From IMG/VR virus record IMGVR_UViG_648028025_000005: 64,000 nucleotides of DNA; one strand, written 5' to 3'. Below are positions 9,500 to 18,310 of this stretch, piece by piece. The notes below the pieces were generated by a model. It was not told where the DNA came from, ran no database searches, and saw nothing but the letters and a program-made list of their open reading frames with translations. This stretch comes from a virus (lineage: Duplodnaviria; Heunggongvirae; Uroviricota; Caudoviricetes). Position 1 is the first letter of the stretch. Each line of letters starts with the position of its first letter. The position numbers were made by a program, and so were the translations under genes.

Positions 9500-9648
9500 C
9501 TCGGGCATGAACACCAACGGCAGATAGAGAAAAGCCCCAGTTAACATTACGCGTCCTGCAAGACGCTTAACATTAATCTGAGGCTCAATCTATGAACGGC
9601 AAATCTAGGTTAGCCTCTTACGTGCCGAAAGGCAAGGAGAAGCAGGCT
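9500..9648. promoter_or_regulatory. hok leader region; expected location of mok start and antisense sok RNA
   Basis: by analogy with hok/sok loci only; in-frame upstream extension of hok ORF begins at 9592; no sok promoter mapped. Confidence 0.3.
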
Positions 9649-9804
9649 ATGAAGCAGCAAAAGGCGATGTTAATCGCCCTGATCGTCATCTGTTTAACCG
9701 TCATAGTGACGGCACTGGTAACGAGGAAAGACCTCTGCGAGGTACGAATCCGAACCGGCCAGACGGAGGTCGCTGTCTTCACAGCTTACGAACCTGAGGA
9801 GTAA
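9649..9804 (+). CDS. hok: Hok/Gef-family type I toxin (HokD/RelF-like, 51 aa)
   Basis: MKQQKAMLIALIVICLTVIVTALVTRKDLCEVRIRTGQTEVAVFTAYEPEE; single transmembrane helix; followed by terminator. Confidence 0.85.
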   Translation: MKQQKAMLIALIVICLTVIVTALVTRKDLCEVRIRTGQTEVAVFTAYEPEE

Positions 9805-9872
9805 GAGACCAGGCGGGGGAGAAATCCCTCGCCACCTCTGATGAATCAGGCATCCTCAACGCACCCGCACTT

Positions 9873-9899
9873 AACCCGCTTCGGCGGGTTTTGTTTTTT
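9873..9899 (+). terminator. rho-independent terminator after hok
   Basis: hairpin AACCCGC-TTCG-GCGGGTT followed by TTTGTTTTTT. Confidence 0.5.
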
Positions 9900-9971
9900 C
9901 CTGGCATTCTGGTTTACAATTCGCACGCCAGCCTGAACAACTGGCACCTGCTGCGCCAGCAGAGACAACCG

Positions 9972-10250
9972 ATGGCGCACGATACCAAATTATACAATTC
10001 TGATGATTCTGCCGTCTTTGCCAGCAGGCGCGGACGGTGTTTTCACGCATTCAAATCTGACTGGTACCAGCATCCCCCATGCACTGAAGAACAGGCCGAA
10101 TGGCTCATTCAGTGTTACCGCAGGCGCGGATGCGAGGTTAAAAAAGCCCTTAGCCTCGACTACCGTCACTGGATAATCTCCGTCAGGCTCCCTTACTCCG
10201 AACGGCCACCGCGTCCGTCCCGCACATTCCAGCAACGGATCTGGAGGTAA
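9972..10250 (+). CDS. small hypothetical protein upstream of DUF968 gene (Rem-position)
   Basis: ATG 9972 (MAHDTKLYNSD); paralog in B at 58845-59117. Confidence 0.5.
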   Translation: MAHDTKLYNSDDSAVFASRRGRCFHAFKSDWYQHPPCTEEQAEWLIQCYRRRGCEVKKALSLDYRHWIISVRLPYSERPPRPSRTFQQRIWR

Positions 10251-10251
10251 T

Positions 10252-11301
10252 GTGCGGGTATTACTTCGACCTGTTCTGGTACCGGAACTCGGTCTGGTTA
10301 TCGTTAAGCCAGGCCGTGAATCCATGCGGGTATTTCATGGCGGCAGGGTGCTGGTGGAGTCTGAACCGAAAAGCATGCGTAATCTGCCGTCCGGGGTCGT
10401 TCCTGCCGTTCGCCAGCCGCTGGCGGAAGATAAATCATTACTGCCATTTTTCAGCAATGAGCGTGTGATTCGTGCTGCTGGTGGCGCTGGTGCACTGTCT
10501 GACTGGTTATTACGTCACGTTAAATCCTGCCAGTGGCCTCATGGTGATTACCACCACAGCGAAACCGTCATACATCGTTACGGTACCGGCGCGATGGTGT
10601 TGTGCTGGCACTGCGACAACCAGCTGCGCGACCAGACATCCGAATCACTTGAGCAACTTGCTCAACAAAACCTGTCAGCATGGATGATTGACGTCATCCG
10701 CCACGCAATGAATGGCACACAGGAACGGGAATTATCGCTGGCTGAATTATCCTGGTGGGCAGTCTGCAATCAGGTGGTGGACGCATTACCTGAGGCAGTA
10801 TCGCGTCGTTCTCTGGGATTACCGGCGGAAAAAATCCGCTCCGTATACCGTGAAAGCGACATCATACCGGGAGAACAGACCGCCACCAGCATACTGAAGC
10901 AGCGCACAAAAAATATTGCGCTACCGCCTCACACCCACCAGCAACAGAACCCACCACAGGAAAAGACGGTGGTCAGCATTGCCGTTGATCCGGAGTCTCC
11001 GGAATCCTTCATGAAACGACCTAAACGTCGCCGCTGGGTAAATGAGAAATACACACGCTGGGTAAAGACACAGCCGTGTGCGTGTTGTGGTAAGCCAGCG
11101 GACGATCCTCATCATCTGATTGGTCATGGTCAGGGTGGAATGGGAACAAAATCCCACGATATTTTCACGCTACCGCTGTGTCGGGAGCATCACAACGAGC
11201 TTCATGCGGATCCGCTGGCGTTCGAAGAAAAGCATGGTTCCCAGGTTGATTTAATTTTTCGTTTTCTTGATCACGCTTTTGCAACCGGCGTGCTCGGGTA
11301 A
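10252..11301 (+). CDS. DUF968-family protein (YdfU-like) with C-terminal Cys/His motif
   Basis: 349 aa, GTG start after upstream stop; C-terminal CACCGKPADDPHHLIGHGQGGMGTKSHD...CREHH; paralog in B at 59119-60165. Confidence 0.8.
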   Translation: MRVLLRPVLVPELGLVIVKPGRESMRVFHGGRVLVESEPKSMRNLPSGVVPAVRQPLAEDKSLLPFFSNERVIRAAGGAGALSDWLLRHVKSCQWPHGDYHHSETVIHRYGTGAMVLCWHCDNQLRDQTSESLEQLAQQNLSAWMIDVIRHAMNGTQERELSLAELSWWAVCNQVVDALPEAVSRRSLGLPAEKIRSVYRESDIIPGEQTATSILKQRTKNIALPPHTHQQQNPPQEKTVVSIAVDPESPESFMKRPKRRRWVNEKYTRWVKTQPCACCGKPADDPHHLIGHGQGGMGTKSHDIFTLPLCREHHNELHADPLAFEEKHGSQVDLIFRFLDHAFATGVLG

Positions 11302-11313
11302 AAGAGGTTACTG

Positions 11314-11685
11314 ATGCGTATAGAGTTTGTTTTGCCTTACCCGCCGACGGTGAACACCTACTGGCGACGTCGTGGCAGCACATATTTTGTATCAAAAGCC
11401 GGTGAGCGTTATCGCCGGGCTGTGGCGCTTATTGTTCGCCAGCAGCGGCTGAAATTAAGCCTGTCCGGACGGCTGGCAATAAAAATTATTGCAGAACCAC
11501 CGGATAAGCGCCGCCGTGACCTGGACAACATTCTGAAAGCACCGCTGGATGCGCTGACGCATGCGGAAGTGCTCATTGATGACGAGCAGTTTGATGAAAT
11601 CAATATTGTGCGCGGTCAGCCTGTGCCAGGTGGACGGCTGGGCGTGAAGATTTACGAAATCAGAGGTGGTAACGATGGCGCGTGA
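11314..11685 (+). CDS. rusA: Holliday junction resolvase RusA
   Basis: 123 aa; RusA signature [15 protein letters not shown]...[13 protein letters not shown]. Confidence 0.9.
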   Translation: MRIEFVLPYPPTVNTYWRRRGSTYFVSKAGERYRRAVALIVRQQRLKLSLSGRLAIKIIAEPPDKRRRDLDNILKAPLDALTHAEVLIDDEQFDEINIVRGQPVPGGRLGVKIYEIRGGNDGA

Positions 11686-12046
11686 TATCCAGATGGTTCT
11701 TGAGCGATGGGGGGCATGGGCAGCAAATAATCATGAAGATGTAACATGGCCCTCGATAGCTGCTGGTTTTAAAGGATTAATCCCGACTAAAGTGAAATCA
11801 CGTCCTCAGTGTTCTGATGATGACGCCATGATAATTTGTGGTTGTATGGCACGATTAAACAAGAATAATCAGTATTTGCACGATTTGTTGGTGGATTATT
11901 ACGTAGGTGGAATGACATTTATGGCTCTTGCACGTAAGCATAGATGTTCTGATGGGCTTATTGGTAAAAGGCTTTATAAAGCGGAAGGTATTATTGAAGG
12001 AATGCTTATGGCTCTGAATGTCCGGTTAGATATGGATATGCGGTAG
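11675..12046 (+). CDS. Q: late-gene antiterminator Q (phage 82 / QuuD-like)
   Basis: ATG 11675 with GAGGTGG upstream; ~123 aa; position between rusA and late region; Cys-rich segment [17 protein letters not shown]. Confidence 0.75.
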   Translation: MARDIQMVLERWGAWAANNHEDVTWPSIAAGFKGLIPTKVKSRPQCSDDDAMIICGCMARLNKNNQYLHDLLVDYYVGGMTFMALARKHRCSDGLIGKRLYKAEGIIEGMLMALNVRLDMDMR

Positions 12047-12197
12047 GGATATATAGTGATGAGGGTTATGTTTTCTGTGTTTATAATTAACATGTTTATT
12101 TTTTGATGGTCATGTATTGTGGAAGGTAGATAAAATGTTGCCTGGTGAATTGAAAATATTGATAATCAATCTTCATCATTAAATAAAAGGAGTGCTT

Positions 12198-13016
12198 ATG
12201 TGGATTGTGTTAGTACTGTCACTGTCAACTCTCAGTTGGCATAAGGTAGTGGCTTTTTCATTGTTGACGGTGTCTGTTGTCCTGGCTGTGCTTAATGATA
12301 TTATTGATTGGTCGGTGTTATTTTTTGTTGCTACAATCGTTTTTTTTATTATTTTGAAGTTCAACTGGAAATATAACGCCTGGGCTAAATCTATATATGA
12401 AGTTGGCATAGTTTTATCAGCCATAGCATTATCTTTCCATCTATGGCCAGGGTTTCACAATCCTGTAGTGCTAAATTCTGTTACTGTTGGCCCTCAGAGT
12501 ACTCCCTATACAATGTATTTTAATTTTGATAAAGCGCTGGTGCCATTTTTGTTAGTCCTGTGTACATCTTCTTTGTTTAAAAAAGAAGTAAAATCAGAAG
12601 TGTCTTTGTGGAAGTGGGGGGCTCTGTCGCTCTCTGTTCCTCTTATCCTGTTTTTGGCTGTTTTTTTTGGTGGATTAAAGCCAGAGATTCATTTTCCTGA
12701 GTGGTTGCCAGAGTTTATATTGGCTAATTTGTTTTTTGTGTCTCTGGCAGAGGAATCATTATTTAGAGGGTATATTCAATCACGGCTATCAGAAGTAACG
12801 TCTCCATTGGTTGCATTAATTGTGGCGGCTTTGTTGTTTGGTTTTTATCACTATTCAGGTGGTGCTTTACTTGTATTATTTGCCACGTTATCTGGTGTTG
12901 TGTATGGATTGTCATGGATGTGGAGTGGGCGTTTGTGGGTTGCCACCCTTTTCCATTTTGGTTTGAATCTGTGTCACTTGTTATTCTTTACCTATCCATT
13001 TTTAAAACATAATTGA
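12198..13016 (+). CDS. CPBP-family intramembrane metalloprotease (CAAX protease / Abi family)
   Basis: polytopic membrane protein with the three CPBP motifs EESLFRGY, FGFYH, HFGLN; AT-rich moron absent from prophage B. Confidence 0.75.
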   Translation: MWIVLVLSLSTLSWHKVVAFSLLTVSVVLAVLNDIIDWSVLFFVATIVFFIILKFNWKYNAWAKSIYEVGIVLSAIALSFHLWPGFHNPVVLNSVTVGPQSTPYTMYFNFDKALVPFLLVLCTSSLFKKEVKSEVSLWKWGALSLSVPLILFLAVFFGGLKPEIHFPEWLPEFILANLFFVSLAEESLFRGYIQSRLSEVTSPLVALIVAALLFGFYHYSGGALLVLFATLSGVVYGLSWMWSGRLWVATLFHFGLNLCHLLFFTYPFLKHN

Positions 13017-13302
13017 TTTTTTCTATGGTTTTAAATTTATAAGACTGAAAAATAGCAGGACGTGACATTTGCATGAAAAATATGCACGGCAAAGCATTTA
13101 CGTACGTAAAAAATCAGGTATGCTGTTAAGAGTGGTTATTTCGCCGCATAGCTTGACCCCGCCTCTGAGCGGGTTTTTTGTGCCCGCAAAGTAGCGCAGT
13201 GCGTTAAATGTGCTGGTAGTTATTAATACAGGTCTTTCAGCTTGCTGGCTTTTTCGGCAAGAGTTATTGGTGTGTCACGTTAACCGGAAAGGGTAAAAAG
13301 AC

Positions 13303-13500
13303 ATGCTGAAACAGCAGGATATGACAGAAACCGCCAGAGTTGTGTTTGATGAATTAAGCGTCACCGAACCGGCGACAGTCGGGGAGATTGCGCAGAATAC
13401 TTACCTTTCACGCGAACGCTGCCAGTTAATACTGACCCAGCTTGTTATGGCGGGTCTGGCAGACTATCAGTGCGGTTGTTACAGACGCCTTCAGTCCTGA
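13303..13500 (+). CDS. small putative DNA-binding protein upstream of AraC regulator
   Basis: 65 aa; paralog at 61318-61515 in B; followed by hairpin plus T-run. Confidence 0.5.
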   Translation: MLKQQDMTETARVVFDELSVTEPATVGEIAQNTYLSRERCQLILTQLVMAGLADYQCGCYRRLQS

Positions 13501-13637
13501 AGGCTTTTTTATTTGTGGTAAATGGGCGGCTGGTGGGTGTTAGCGGCACCTGTCAGTCCTTTGCTTATGTGTTGATGATAATTTACCTTTTGGGGCTATA
13601 ATTGAACTAACCAATTGCTAATGAAAGTAAAATTATA

Positions 13638-14351
13638 ATGGTTGTTGTCTGTTCAGTTATCATGGTTTGCTCCCCAATTAATATTTTTCTTGAAAAGGAT
13701 ACGTTGTCACTTAAGCCCGGCTCAGTCGTTCTGGCCACCAAATGCATCAGGGCGCTTTTCCTTATGCATTATGGCAAAGTTAAAATTTTCGATATAAACC
13801 ATTCCATAGTAAGTCAATATCTGGAAATTCAGCATAAGCTGACAAGAACTCATCTGACTGACGTTCCGCTTTATCTGTCACTGGAACCCAACAACCCTGC
13901 GTTGGCTGAGGCTTTAATTACCAGCCAGAGATTTTCCGGAGATACCACGGATATGTTTCTTATGATGGCATGCCTGTCGCTGTTTGAATCAGATGAACGG
14001 ATATTATTATTTTTAAGTGGATGTTTATCCAGTATAAGTGCCAAAGTCAGGGCGATAATTCAGACAGATATATCAGCAAGCTGGACGCTTGGTGCGATTG
14101 CGTTACGCCTGCATATGAGTGAGAGTTTGTTAAAGATAAAACTGAAAAATGAAGGGCACATGTTCAGTCGCTTGTTGCTGGAAGAGCGGATGCGTGTTGC
14201 TGTGAATATGTTATGTTCCCGGCATGGATATGGACAGGCTATAGCAGAAAAATGCGGTTATTCAAGCAGGTCCTACTTTATTTCTGTATTTCACCGCTAT
14301 TATGGCTTCCCGCCAGACAGATATGTATCCAGGCAAGGGCTTGATTATTGA
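13638..14351 (+). CDS. AraC-family transcriptional regulator (prophage-borne, YdeO/GadX-like)
   Basis: 237 aa; C-terminal AraC HTH (AIAEKCGYSSRSYFISVFHRYYGFPP); paralog in B at 61650-62363. Confidence 0.8.
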   Translation: MVVVCSVIMVCSPINIFLEKDTLSLKPGSVVLATKCIRALFLMHYGKVKIFDINHSIVSQYLEIQHKLTRTHLTDVPLYLSLEPNNPALAEALITSQRFSGDTTDMFLMMACLSLFESDERILLFLSGCLSSISAKVRAIIQTDISASWTLGAIALRLHMSESLLKIKLKNEGHMFSRLLLEERMRVAVNMLCSRHGYGQAIAEKCGYSSRSYFISVFHRYYGFPPDRYVSRQGLDY

Positions 14352-14379
14352 TTTTCATCTGATTATTATTTTTTGACCC

Positions 14380-14455
14380 GGCCCTTTAGCTCAGTGGTGA
14401 GAGCGAGCGACTCATAATCGCCAGGTCGCTGGTTCAAATCCAGCAAGGGCCACCA
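14380..14455 (+). tRNA. tRNA with CAU anticodon (Ile2/Met type, ileZ-like)
   Basis: 76 nt cloverleaf read by eye; acceptor GGCCCTT/AAGGGCC; anticodon loop CT-CAT-AA; T arm GCTGG-TTCAAAT-CCAGC; CCA encoded. Confidence 0.85.
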
Positions 14456-14462
14456 TCACATA

Positions 14463-14539
14463 CCGCCATTAGCTCATCAGGAAAGAGCGCCAGCTTTCGA
14501 AGCTGGTTGCGCGGAGTTCGGGTCCCCGAAGGCGGTCCA
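14463..14539 (+). tRNA. tRNA-Arg(UCG)-like, degenerate copy
   Basis: anticodon loop TT-TCG-AA; relative to canonical B copy (62477-62553) it has an A-A acceptor mismatch, an A-C T-stem mismatch and altered T loop TTCGGGT. Confidence 0.55.
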
Positions 14540-14552
14540 TTATCTGTATCCT

Positions 14553-14629
14553 GCGTTGTTAGCTCAGCCGGACAGAGCAATTGCCTTCTAAGCAATCGGT
14601 CACTGGTTCGAATCCAGTACAACGCGCCA
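14553..14629 (+). tRNA. tRNA-Arg(UCU) (argO-like)
   Basis: 77 nt; acceptor GCGTTGT/ACAACGC; anticodon loop CT-TCT-AA; T arm ACTGG-TTCGAAT-CCAGT; CCA encoded. Confidence 0.85.
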
Positions 14630-14643
14630 CACTTATTTTCCCT

Positions 14644-14669
14644 GGCTCGCTTTTGCGGGCCTTTTTTTT
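14644..14669 (+). terminator. rho-independent terminator after tRNA cluster
   Basis: hairpin GGCTCGC-TTTTG-CGGGCC followed by TTTTTTTT. Confidence 0.5.
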
Positions 14670-14734
14670 AAATGTCTCACAATTCAGGCGGTTGACTGTT
14701 GTCTGGTTTGCGGGGAGTTTGTTAAAAGAAACTG

Positions 14735-14842
14735 GCATGGTGAATCCCCCTGTGCGGAGGGGCAATCAGCGAGTAGGTATATGGGATAATCGCGGATTCA
14801 GGTGCTGGTACTGAATTCACCGGGAGGCACCCGGCACCATGC
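14735..14842. promoter_or_regulatory. conserved ~105-bp non-coding element upstream of nanS-p (copy A)
   Basis: ~90% identical copy at 63442-63549; contains hairpin CCCCCTGTGCGGAGGGG; A copy followed by hairpins at ~14868-14920. Confidence 0.35.
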
Positions 14843-15118
14843 AATGGCACATAGCGCCACTCTCCAGCCCCTCTCCGGAGGGGCTTTCTTATGGACAAAA
14901 AAAGCCCGCGCAGGGAGACGCGGGCGGCAAGGAATAAACAACAAAACGTGAAGTAATATTTCAGCTGGCGAATAATATCCGACAGTAATCACTCTGCGCA
15001 ATAGCGCGGCCTTTTTCGTATTGCGGGCTGTTGTCTCTCTTCTGCCATTGTCCTGTAACTTCCGGACTTCAGCCCGCTCCTCATTTTACTCACAATATTA
15101 TCCCGGCCGGGAGGATTC

Positions 15119-16969
15119 ATGGCATTTAAACACTATGATGTTGTCAGGGCGGCGTCGCCGTCAGACCTTGCGGAAAAGCTGACACACAAACTGAAAGAGG
15201 GCTGGCAGCCATACGGCGGACCGGTTGCCATTACGCCGTACACACTGATGCAGGCGGTGGCTATTGAAGGAGATCCACAGGTCGGCCCTTCATCTGAGCC
15301 GGACTGGTTCTACGTGGTTGTGCTTGCCGGACAGTCCAACGGCATGGCCTACGGTGAAGGGCTTCCGTTACCGGATTCTTACGATGCTCCGGATCCGCGC
15401 ATTAAACAGCTGGCGCGCCGCAGCACGGTAACTCCGGGTGGAGAGAGTTGTACGTATAACGACATCATTCCGGCTGACCACTGCCTGCATGATGTGCAGG
15501 ATATGAGTACGCTGAATCATCCGAAGGCAGACCTGAGCAAAGGGCAGTACGGCTGTGTCGGCCAGGGCTTACATATTGCCAAAAAACTGCTTCCGTATAT
15601 CCCGAATAACGCGGGGATCCTGCTGGTACCATGCTGTCGTGGTGGTTCGGCATTTACCCAGGGCGCGGAGGGGACATTCAGTGCGGACACGGGGGCCAGC
15701 CAGGATTCGGCGCGCTGGGGTGTGGGTAAACCGTTATATCAGGACCTGATTGCGCGCACCAAAGCTGCATTACAGAAGAACCCGAAAAATGTGTTGCTGG
15801 CGGTGTGCTGGATGCAGGGAGAGTTTGACATGAGCGCCGCCACCCACGCACAGCAACCTGCGCTGTTTACAGCCATGCTGACACAGTTTCGTGCTGACCT
15901 CTCCGTGTTTAACGCGCAGTGCCATGGTGGCAGTGCTGCAGATGTGCCGTGGATTTGTGGTGACACGACGTATTACTGGAAAAATACATACGCTACCCAG
16001 TACGACACCGTGTACGGCGGGTATAAAAACAGGGAGAGTGAGGGCGTTTATTTTGTGCCCTTCATGACAGACGGTAACGGCGTCAATACCGCCACTAACG
16101 CGCCGGCAGAAGATCCGGATATTCCGGCATCAGGATATTACGGTGCGGCATCGAGAACGAATGGAAACCAGGTATCATCAAACCGCCCGACACATTTCAG
16201 TTCATGGGCGCGCAGGAGCATTATTCCGGATCGTATGGCAACCGCTATTCTGAACGCAGCCGGGCGCACCTCAGCCTTCATCAGTGGTAAGGCACCGGAA
16301 ATCAAACCCTCGCCCGGCGGCAACACGCCATCGGGTCCGTCTGCAGATACGTCCGTTCGCACAATCTCCCTGCTGCCGGCAGCCGGAGAGGCTGCTGCGC
16401 AGGGCTGGAGCATTAAGGATGGCGGAATTCAGTTGTCAGATGGTGTATTTAAGATCACCAAGCAGAGCAATAAAACCTGGTCCCTGACGCATCCGGTGGA
16501 TGACGCAATTACCCTGCTGACACAGGGCGGCAGACTGACCTGTAAGTTCCGCCTGTCAGGCGCACTGACCAACAATCAGTTCGGGCTGGGGATTTATCTG
16601 TATACGGATGCTCCCGTTCCTGATGGTGTGGCGATGACGGGTACCGGTAATCCGTTCCTGATGTCGTACTTCACTCAGACCACTGACGGCAGAGTGAATC
16701 TGATGCATCACAGGAAAGCCGGAAACACGAAGCTGGGGGAGTTCGGCGATTACGGTAACGACTGGCAGACGCTGGAGCTGGTGTTCACCGCCGGCAGTGC
16801 CACGGTTACTCCGAAACTGAATGGAGTGGCTGGCCCGGCATTCCAGGTTATAAAAGACAGTATGACACTGGGACTGAATGCGCTGACGCTGACGGATGTT
16901 ACAAAAAATGCAGCGTATGGCGTTGAGATAGAAAGTCTGGTGCTGGAGATAAATGCACCGGCAGCATAA
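15119..16969 (+). CDS. nanS: prophage 9-O-acetyl sialic acid esterase NanS-p (SGNH/SASA-type)
   Basis: 616 aa; N-terminal MAFKHYDVVRAASPSDLAEKL domain then GQSN nucleophile motif (VVLAGQSNGMAYGEG); sits after the Q-tRNA block as in Stx-type phages. Confidence 0.8.
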   Translation: MAFKHYDVVRAASPSDLAEKLTHKLKEGWQPYGGPVAITPYTLMQAVAIEGDPQVGPSSEPDWFYVVVLAGQSNGMAYGEGLPLPDSYDAPDPRIKQLARRSTVTPGGESCTYNDIIPADHCLHDVQDMSTLNHPKADLSKGQYGCVGQGLHIAKKLLPYIPNNAGILLVPCCRGGSAFTQGAEGTFSADTGASQDSARWGVGKPLYQDLIARTKAALQKNPKNVLLAVCWMQGEFDMSAATHAQQPALFTAMLTQFRADLSVFNAQCHGGSAADVPWICGDTTYYWKNTYATQYDTVYGGYKNRESEGVYFVPFMTDGNGVNTATNAPAEDPDIPASGYYGAASRTNGNQVSSNRPTHFSSWARRSIIPDRMATAILNAAGRTSAFISGKAPEIKPSPGGNTPSGPSADTSVRTISLLPAAGEAAAQGWSIKDGGIQLSDGVFKITKQSNKTWSLTHPVDDAITLLTQGGRLTCKFRLSGALTNNQFGLGIYLYTDAPVPDGVAMTGTGNPFLMSYFTQTTDGRVNLMHHRKAGNTKLGEFGDYGNDWQTLELVFTAGSATVTPKLNGVAGPAFQVIKDSMTLGLNALTLTDVTKNAAYGVEIESLVLEINAPAA

Positions 16970-17416
16970 TAAAAAAAGAGCCAGCGACTGACCTGAAAGA
17001 AGACGCTGGCTAAAAGGCCTTATATGTTTGTAGAGACTTATTTTTCACAGACAGCAATGATGCCTGTCAATATATTATCAATATGCGGATTGTTTCAGTT
17101 ACAGATGCTTTATTAAGGAAAAAAACAGCCAGCACTGACTTTCGGTGGAGAGGTGCTGGCTCAGAAGGATAGTTGGATTTCACATGATACTTATGCCTGG
17201 CGGTATATTTTCTGACAGACAGTGACGGGTGTTGTCAAGATATTGTGTCATTTATAACCTGAATCAGGGGAGGCCGGAATGTTATCTGGCATTTTTAGCA
17301 GAGCCTGAATGCCATAATCACGGCTCCCGGAGTTGGCCGTCAGTGGGTGACACTGGCGGCTTTTTTGTTTTTCTTTACTTTCATTTTCTGTCGGCGGTGA
17401 CGGAGACATACATCAG

Positions 17417-17623
17417 ATGGAAAAAATCACAACAGGTGTGTCATACACCACGTCAGCGGTGGGGACGGGATACTGGTTACTGCAGCTGCTGGACAAAGTC
17501 TCTCCGTCCCAGTGGGTGGCAATAGGTGTGCTGGGAAGTCTGCTGTTTGGCCTGCTGACGTATCTGACTAACCTGTATTTCAAAATCAGAGAGGACCGTC
17601 GTAAGGTGGCGCGGGGAGAGTAG
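17417..17623 (+). CDS. S: class II holin (phage 21 S / pinholin type)
   Basis: 68 aa, two TM helices, C-terminal [13 protein letters not shown]; closely resembles S21 by recall. Confidence 0.8.
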   Translation: MEKITTGVSYTTSAVGTGYWLLQLLDKVSPSQWVAIGVLGSLLFGLLTYLTNLYFKIREDRRKVARGE

Positions 17624-17878
17624 TCGATGAATAAACAATACGAACTGGTTGTAAAATGAATATTTCTAACTGAAAAAACGTTCCATGAGGTAAGAAAAGG
17701 TCACAGGCAATCAATAACAGGACGTGATGAAAGACCCTTGCATTTGTGCGCTTTCTCTTTAGATAGCAGCAGATACTGAAAATCTGAGTTGTCGGGGAGT
17801 CAGGGATACAGCTGTGCAAGAGTTGGTCATTGTGATTCCATTGAAATCCTGTATGCCATGAAGGGCAGGATTTTATGG

Positions 17879-18193
17879 CTACCTGAGCTTTGGTGATAGT
17901 AAGTTGAAAATTCGCATTTTTTGCTGACATGCGTAACGAGAATCCCATAAACAGGGAGGACTTAATTCTTCATTAACCCATGCGTTGATATTATGTTTCA
18001 GCCGTTGAAGCATCAGCGGTGTTAATGTTGTGGTAATAATATCCAGCGTTTTATGTGAGATCTTACCGTAAGGGTCTGCAAGAATGCTGCTTGTTGCTTC
18101 GTTATTATCTGCCATCAGAAGAAGTAACTCTGATTTAACGTTTTCTGTCATTAGTTGTAAAAATCTTCTGCGCAAACTTTCTTTACTGTTCAT
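17879..18193 (-). CDS. hypothetical protein on opposite strand between holin and endolysin
   Basis: 104-aa ORF in the 687-bp S-R gap; size/position reminiscent of Qin ydfR but strand and identity unverified. Confidence 0.4.
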   Translation of the reverse strand: MNSKESLRRRFLQLMTENVKSELLLLMADNNEATSSILADPYGKISHKTLDIITTTLTPLMLQRLKHNINAWVNEELSPPCLWDSRYACQQKMRIFNLLSPKLR

Positions 18194-18310
18194 TTATATG
18201 GCTTCATTTGTTGTAATCTGCTGCGTCTCAAGGGATATGTTTATGAGAGCGACCATGAGTGTTTGATTATATACCTAACATATCAAGGGATTAGAAATCG
18301 ATAAATCCCC

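Noticed and set aside
9592-9804. 70-aa ORF from the track as the real hok-locus protein (or as mok)
   Set aside because: It is the 51-aa HokD-identical ORF with an in-frame upstream extension; Hok toxins are ~50 aa, so the longer ORF is not the toxin. Whether a mok frame exists was not resolved.
14640-15118. Possible Shiga toxin genes between the tRNA cluster and nanS-p (the stx slot)
   Set aside because: The interval in A is ~480 bp with no ORF; B carries a TerB-like gene instead. No A/B-subunit-like ORFs are present anywhere in the window.
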